A stretch of DNA of 64,000 bases from assembly GCF_009914755.1 (NCBI RefSeq), contig NC_060928.1. One strand, given 5' to 3'. The notes below the pieces were generated by a model. It did not search any database. It saw only the letters and a list, made by a program, of their open reading frames with translations, and was not told the origin of the DNA. Below are positions 58,755 through 64,000 of the stretch, piece by piece; position 1 is the stretch's first letter; every line of letters starts with the position of its first letter. This stretch comes from the human T2T-CHM13v2.0 reference genome, Homo sapiens. Position numbers and translations under genes: made by a program.

Positions 58755-59130
58755 AGAATAAATTATGGTATACATATAATAAAATATTATGCAGCAATAA
58801 CAAATAATGAATTATGTAAGTGACCACAGGATGAATCTCACGGAAATTATGTTTTGTGAAAAATTCAGGTACAAATGCAGATTTGCTATATATACTTGAT
58901 GATTTTATTAACCTAGACAAAACAATGTGACAGTGAGTGATAAAGTCAGAAGAGCAGAAGAGTTACTTCTGCTGGGGAGTTGGGGGCAGTCAGGTTTTGG
59001 GTAGGTATTAACTAGGATTGGATATGAGGAATATTCTTAGGTGCTAGATATGTTTTATATCTTCTTCATGCTGTATTTCTAAGATTAGTACACTTTAATG
59101 TATATTATCCTCAATGGAAAATCTTTTAAA
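58755..59130 (+). mobile_element. L1ME-type 3' end fragment
   Basis: ataaattatggtatacat...aatattatgcagcaat...ggatgaatctcac...ggtgctagatatgttttatatctt. Confidence 0.65.
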
Positions 59131-59304
59131 AGTACTTACCACATAGTAAAAACTTAATATTAATAATGTTAGAAGGATTCATTTTATATGAAATGAATAC
59201 CTGATGGAGAGGAAACACATTTAAACATTTCTTAATAAGAAAAAGAAGTGATTTCAATCTATTCAAAACTTTTTAAGAAAAGAAATATTAAGAATATTCT
59301 GTTT

Positions 59305-59468
59305 TGCCAGGCACAGTGACTCATGCCAGGCACAGTGACTCAAAAATCACAGCATTTAGAGAGGCAGAGGCAGGAGGATCACTTGAGCCCAGGAGTTCAA
59401 GACTAGCTTGGGCAACATAATAAGACCAGTTCTCCACAAAAAAGAAAAAAAATAAAACAAGACAAAAT
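59305..59468 (+). mobile_element. Alu monomer (FLAM-C/AluJ left arm) with a duplicated 5' end
   Basis: ggcaggaggatcacttgagcccaggagttcaagac...gggcaacata plus A-tail; TSD-like aagaatat(g)ttctgttt on both sides. Confidence 0.88.
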
Positions 59469-62099
59469 GAAGAATATGTTCTGTTTAATATGTCTTCTAT
59501 GAACATTTGCATATAAACTATGTTCTGTTTACAGAACATAAAAAATATATTCTGTTTAATCAACTTCAATGAACATTTGCATATAAAAATTTTTAGATAA
59601 ATAATATCTTGCTTCCAAATAGTTCATGTTCTTTGATGTGAGCAAGCTGTTCATCAAAGAAAACACTTGATATTGTATCAGATTTCAGTGCATTAATTAG
59701 GCAAAATTACATCAACCCTTAAAAAGTGGATTGTTGATACCTTCTATATTAAGATGTGTTCAGGAATGCTGCATATAGTTGTGCTGGCTATGCACTGTAC
59801 CAACATTAATTGTGCCACTCACATCATAATTCATATGACTGGTGCCTCCTATAGTTTGTCCGTTGCAGCACACTGAATATACACACGTACATATATATTC
59901 ACAATATTTCCCACCCAGATCCACATAATTTCTATAATTATCCGAGTAGGTTTTAAAATTAATTTCTAATGTCTTTATATATAAAGCCACTTCACATTTA
60001 AAATTGTTTTATCTATTATATGTGAAAAATTCTTAGGAGTTTTATAGGATCAGTTCTTACAAAGTTTTTCATGATATTAAAATCAAAACATAAAACTATG
60101 TATCAGTTTTCTACATATATTGCAACGGCATTGTGGATCTCATATGAATATAAACCAAACTCTACTAAAATTTAAGTACTTCCTTAACATAACACAAAGG
60201 TAATTACAGTTGTATAATATTCGTTTAGAACTAGATGATTATAGAGAACTAATGCTTTATGTTAGTATATACCTTCAATGTTTAGGTGAATGCCCTAGAT
60301 CCATGAAATCTCATTCAACAGGGTTTTTTGAGGATACACAATTAAGAAATGATTAGAAATTCCTAAGTGCACCATGTGCAACAAAATGTACTATGTTGTG
60401 TTGGAACACCAAAAATGATGGTTATCTATCAATTACTGAATCAAAGCTATTACAGTTCAAAAGAGAATAAATGCAACGTGATTAATAGAAACTTTATTAA
60501 GGAGGCAGATATGGGCTGAAGTCTGAATAAAGAAGAAATGAGAACCAGCAGACCAAAAATAAACGAGGCAAATGACATTATCAAAGGGATGGATATTGGA
60601 AGGGACAAAGTATTGTTGGAAAATAGCTTGGGTGTGTTTGTGTCAGGGAGAAATAAAAGCATGTATGTCCAGAAAATAAGCATCAACGTAGAAGGTTCTT
60701 CATTCCCACATGAAGAAAACTAACTGTCCTATAGACTGCACAGAGTCATTAATTTTGAAGTTAAATCACAATCAAATCATAATCAAAGCTGAAATTAAAT
60801 TAAGCCAAAAAAGATTGTGGAGATATCTGGAATTACATTGAGTTGTTGGTGAGGATCAAGAATAATCAACCTCTCATTTTACGTATCATACTTGTTTTTT
60901 TCAAATAATACTTTAGATATCCCGCTAGTGGCCTTTGCATGAAAAAAAAAAAAAAACCCTGTAAAAATAGGAGTAAGAAAAATTCCCTAGATTGACTTCC
61001 AGTGAAAAATGATCTTTCTGGTTCTTTATAAATTTCATATCATTATACATTTTATCATGCTTTTTAACTAAAAAGATAAGGTAGATATTTTCCTTTGGGG
61101 GTTTTATTCACCATGTATTATCAGAAAGAGAAAATTTTCACAGGAAAACAACGTATTTTAAAAGTAAGTTCTCATGCCTTGTGCAGAATCACATGCAGTT
61201 TCATATCGTCCTGTATATTTGTGAGCTCTATACAAAGTATGTTGTTTCATCTAAAATATTTTTTCTTCTTAGGTTCATTACTAATAATGAAAATAGTAAA
61301 TGTATATGATTTTATTACTGAGTCATGTGTTGGCTTGAAATTTTACTGAGGAAGTGAAAGCAGTGGGCAGGAAGAAAGGATAGAAGCATTTAGGACACAG
61401 GAGAGGAAGAAAGGAAGAATAACAGTAACTTAGATAGGTGAATTGGGAATTTATAGGAATGGAGGAAATAATATTCAGCAATAAACTCAGCAACACGGAC
61501 CTAAGGGGAGGAAAAGGAGAATATTAAAAGTAAACATTCATAAAATAAAATTGAAAGCACAAAGTGACATGGAAAAAGTCAGCATTTTCTACATTACTTG
61601 AAGTACATATGCAGAGTGTATATTTTTGGAATGGCATAAAATAGACTTTAAATATATGTAACTCAAAATATGACACTGTTTTAGATTGAAATGATGCATA
61701 TTAAAATAGTTAAAAATATCTTGGTAAGTACTAACGGGGGAATAAAGATATTGACAATGTTCTAAGTTTAAAGTCAAGGATCCCAAGCCAACATTTTATA
61801 GAAGTACTGCCTTTCCACTGAAACCTGTTCTTCTTTTTCCAGTCTATACTTTGCCACCAACAATATCAAGTTTAGCCCGCACAATTCAATGTGGATTTAA
61901 TTAGGATGGAAAAAAATCATTCTTAGATACAACTCCACACCCTACTATGATATTTTCTGACACATGCTGTCCCCAGATATTATAAAATGAGGACTTCACA
62001 TAGAGAACAAACTTTCTGTCCTGCGCAAGCAGAATTGCGTTCACTCCCTTTGTAGAGAGCAGATGCTCAAAATCACACAGAAGCTGCAATGATTCAATG

Positions 62100-62171
62100 C
62101 ATACCTTTCAACATAAACATACCTTTTCAACATACCTTTTCATACCTTTTCAACCTTTTCAACATAAACAT
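62100..62171. repeat. Degenerate minisatellite built from catacctttt(caa) and caacataaa units
   Basis: Seen directly. Confidence 0.85.
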
Positions 62172-63439
62172 TAAAGGTTTGGTTAGTCCAGAATTGTTAT
62201 CATGGATACAGTGTCACTGTGGACACAGACGTTTTCTATATTTCTGCTCAAATATCTTAACATCAGATTTCTATCTCAAGATCAACTCCTAGTCCAAGAC
62301 AGCTAGCTGCTGGAGCTCCAACTCTCACGTCTGCATTGCAGGCTGAAAGAAAGACATACAAATGGGGCAAAACGTCTGTTTTATTTTAAGGATTCCTTTC
62401 TTTCCCTCTAGCTTTCTATCTCCATCTCTATGTCAGTCTTTCTACACACACACACAAACACGCACTCGTTCACATACATGGATACACAAAAAATGTATGT
62501 GTGGGTATGTGTTTGTAATGCTTATATTTATGTAAAGAATTTCCATAGATGGGTTCCTTATTTTTGTAGTTTTGCACGTACACACAGACACTTATCCATG
62601 TGGACATGAACAAAATTTTCTGTAAGATGCATATAAAAAATAAAAGTGTATATGGGATTATAACACTTTTCTCCTCCCTTCCAAATTGCACCAATTTATT
62701 TTTGGAAAAAATATATGACTGCTACCAAATATTTTAACATTTACCAATATGATAAGTAAAAAACAATATCTCTTTTTTGTTAATATTTGGATTTTGCTAA
62801 TTACCATGAAGCTGAGTTTCTTTTCACGTGTTAATTGCCCATTTGCATTAATGTTCTTTGCTATTTACATCTTTTACCTACTTTTCCATTAAATTGGTTC
62901 TCTGTTTTTCTAGATGACCTTTCTAAGCTTGTTATCTTATACAGATACAAATCCCATGTAATATGTTTTCATCGTTTTCTAGTTTGAACAGCTGGAAATA
63001 GCTCCAATGGATTGCTATGTTGATTTTCTAAAACTGGAAGAAATCTATGACCTACATTAAATGAAATTGAGATACCAAAGATTTCTTGGTGTAAGGTAAA
63101 CAAAATAATTCAAAACTTGGTAAGATTGGACTGTTGGAATGCTTATATCAAATCAAAGGTTTTATTTGAAATGCATTTTAAAATTATATTTTATGCAGCT
63201 TATATACTTCAGATACATTTCTTTCATTTTTGATATTTGTGAACAAAGACAATTTGTTCTTTTTGATCTGCAGACTTTAGTACTGATCACCATCAAAATA
63301 TATACCTACTAATGTGATTAAATAAATGACTGTATTCAGTCTACCTAACAAATAGATTCAGTACTAAAATGATTCCTGAATGAGCTGTATAACAGTAGTA
63401 AGACCAAATGACAACCACAATTTTGATATTTTTAAAACA

Positions 63440-63835
63440 AAAATCTCATCATATTACTTTCCACTTAAGATATCTCTGGATCATTCATTGTTCTAGAGAT
63501 GAATATTTTTAAAATGAACACCAGGATGTATATAAACTACTTTCTGCCTAACCTTAGAATATCTTCATGCTACATTCCCCTCCTTGCTCTTCGTCAGCTG
63601 ACATTCTTTCCCTTTCTGGAACACGACACCTTTTTCATATCACACAGTATTTGCACATATTATTCTCTGTCTGAAATTTTTTTTCCTCACCCTCCTTTAC
63701 CTAGTTACCTCTTAATTTATCCTCAGATCATAAGTATTATTTGCTCAATGAAGTTTTTCTTACCACCAATCTAGATACATATCCTTTTGTATTCATTGTC
63801 ATAGAACTAACCTTTGCAGTATTTAGGCCTTTCAT
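63440..63835 (+). mobile_element. L2 fragment
   Basis: tttgcacatattattctctgtctgaaat...tatcctcagatc...caatgaagttttt. Confidence 0.5.
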
Positions 63836-63904
63836 AGTTATATATTTATAATAATTATTATTTATGATATTTAAAAATTACATATTTTTATTAGTAGTCA
63901 TGTC

Positions 63905-63936
63905 AGTATTAGAATTCCCCAGAGAAACAGAACCAA

Positions 63937-63975
<39 letters not shown>

Positions 63976-64000
63976 AGATCTTTATGATGTGTCTATCACA
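63905..64000 (-). mobile_element. Start of an MLT2 (ERVL) LTR with internal (GT)16, cut by the window edge
   Basis: gtattagaattccccagagaaacagaaccaatag followed by (GT)n at 63939-63970 is the typical antisense MLT2 end. Confidence 0.75.

Overview
This window is AT-rich, CpG-poor primate DNA, most likely human or another great ape given the AluY-type elements, an L1PA2-type 3' UTR and an LTR12. It reads as gene desert or deep intron. I found no host protein-coding exon, RNA gene, CpG island or CRISPR array. The only protein-like ORFs are dead L1 ORF2 remnants and a fossil Tigger/pogo transposase. Much of the window is nested transposable elements: L1s of several ages, nine Alu-family pieces, about ten solo LTRs, DNA transposons, and L2/MIR/CR1 relics, many with readable target-site duplications (TSDs). 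I could not support a new biological system. The items most worth checking are: a short candidate L1 3' transduction; a 71-nt hairpin formed by inverted duplication inside an old L1; a trimeric Alu inserted as one unit; a transposase fossil bracketed by inverted Alus; an intact LTR12 promoter; a young L1PA2-type insertion; a hairpin-containing tandem duplication in a 7-kb repeat-poor block; and several template-switch scars. Repeat subfamily names come from my recall of consensus sequences, not from a database search. Boundaries without a TSD are approximate.
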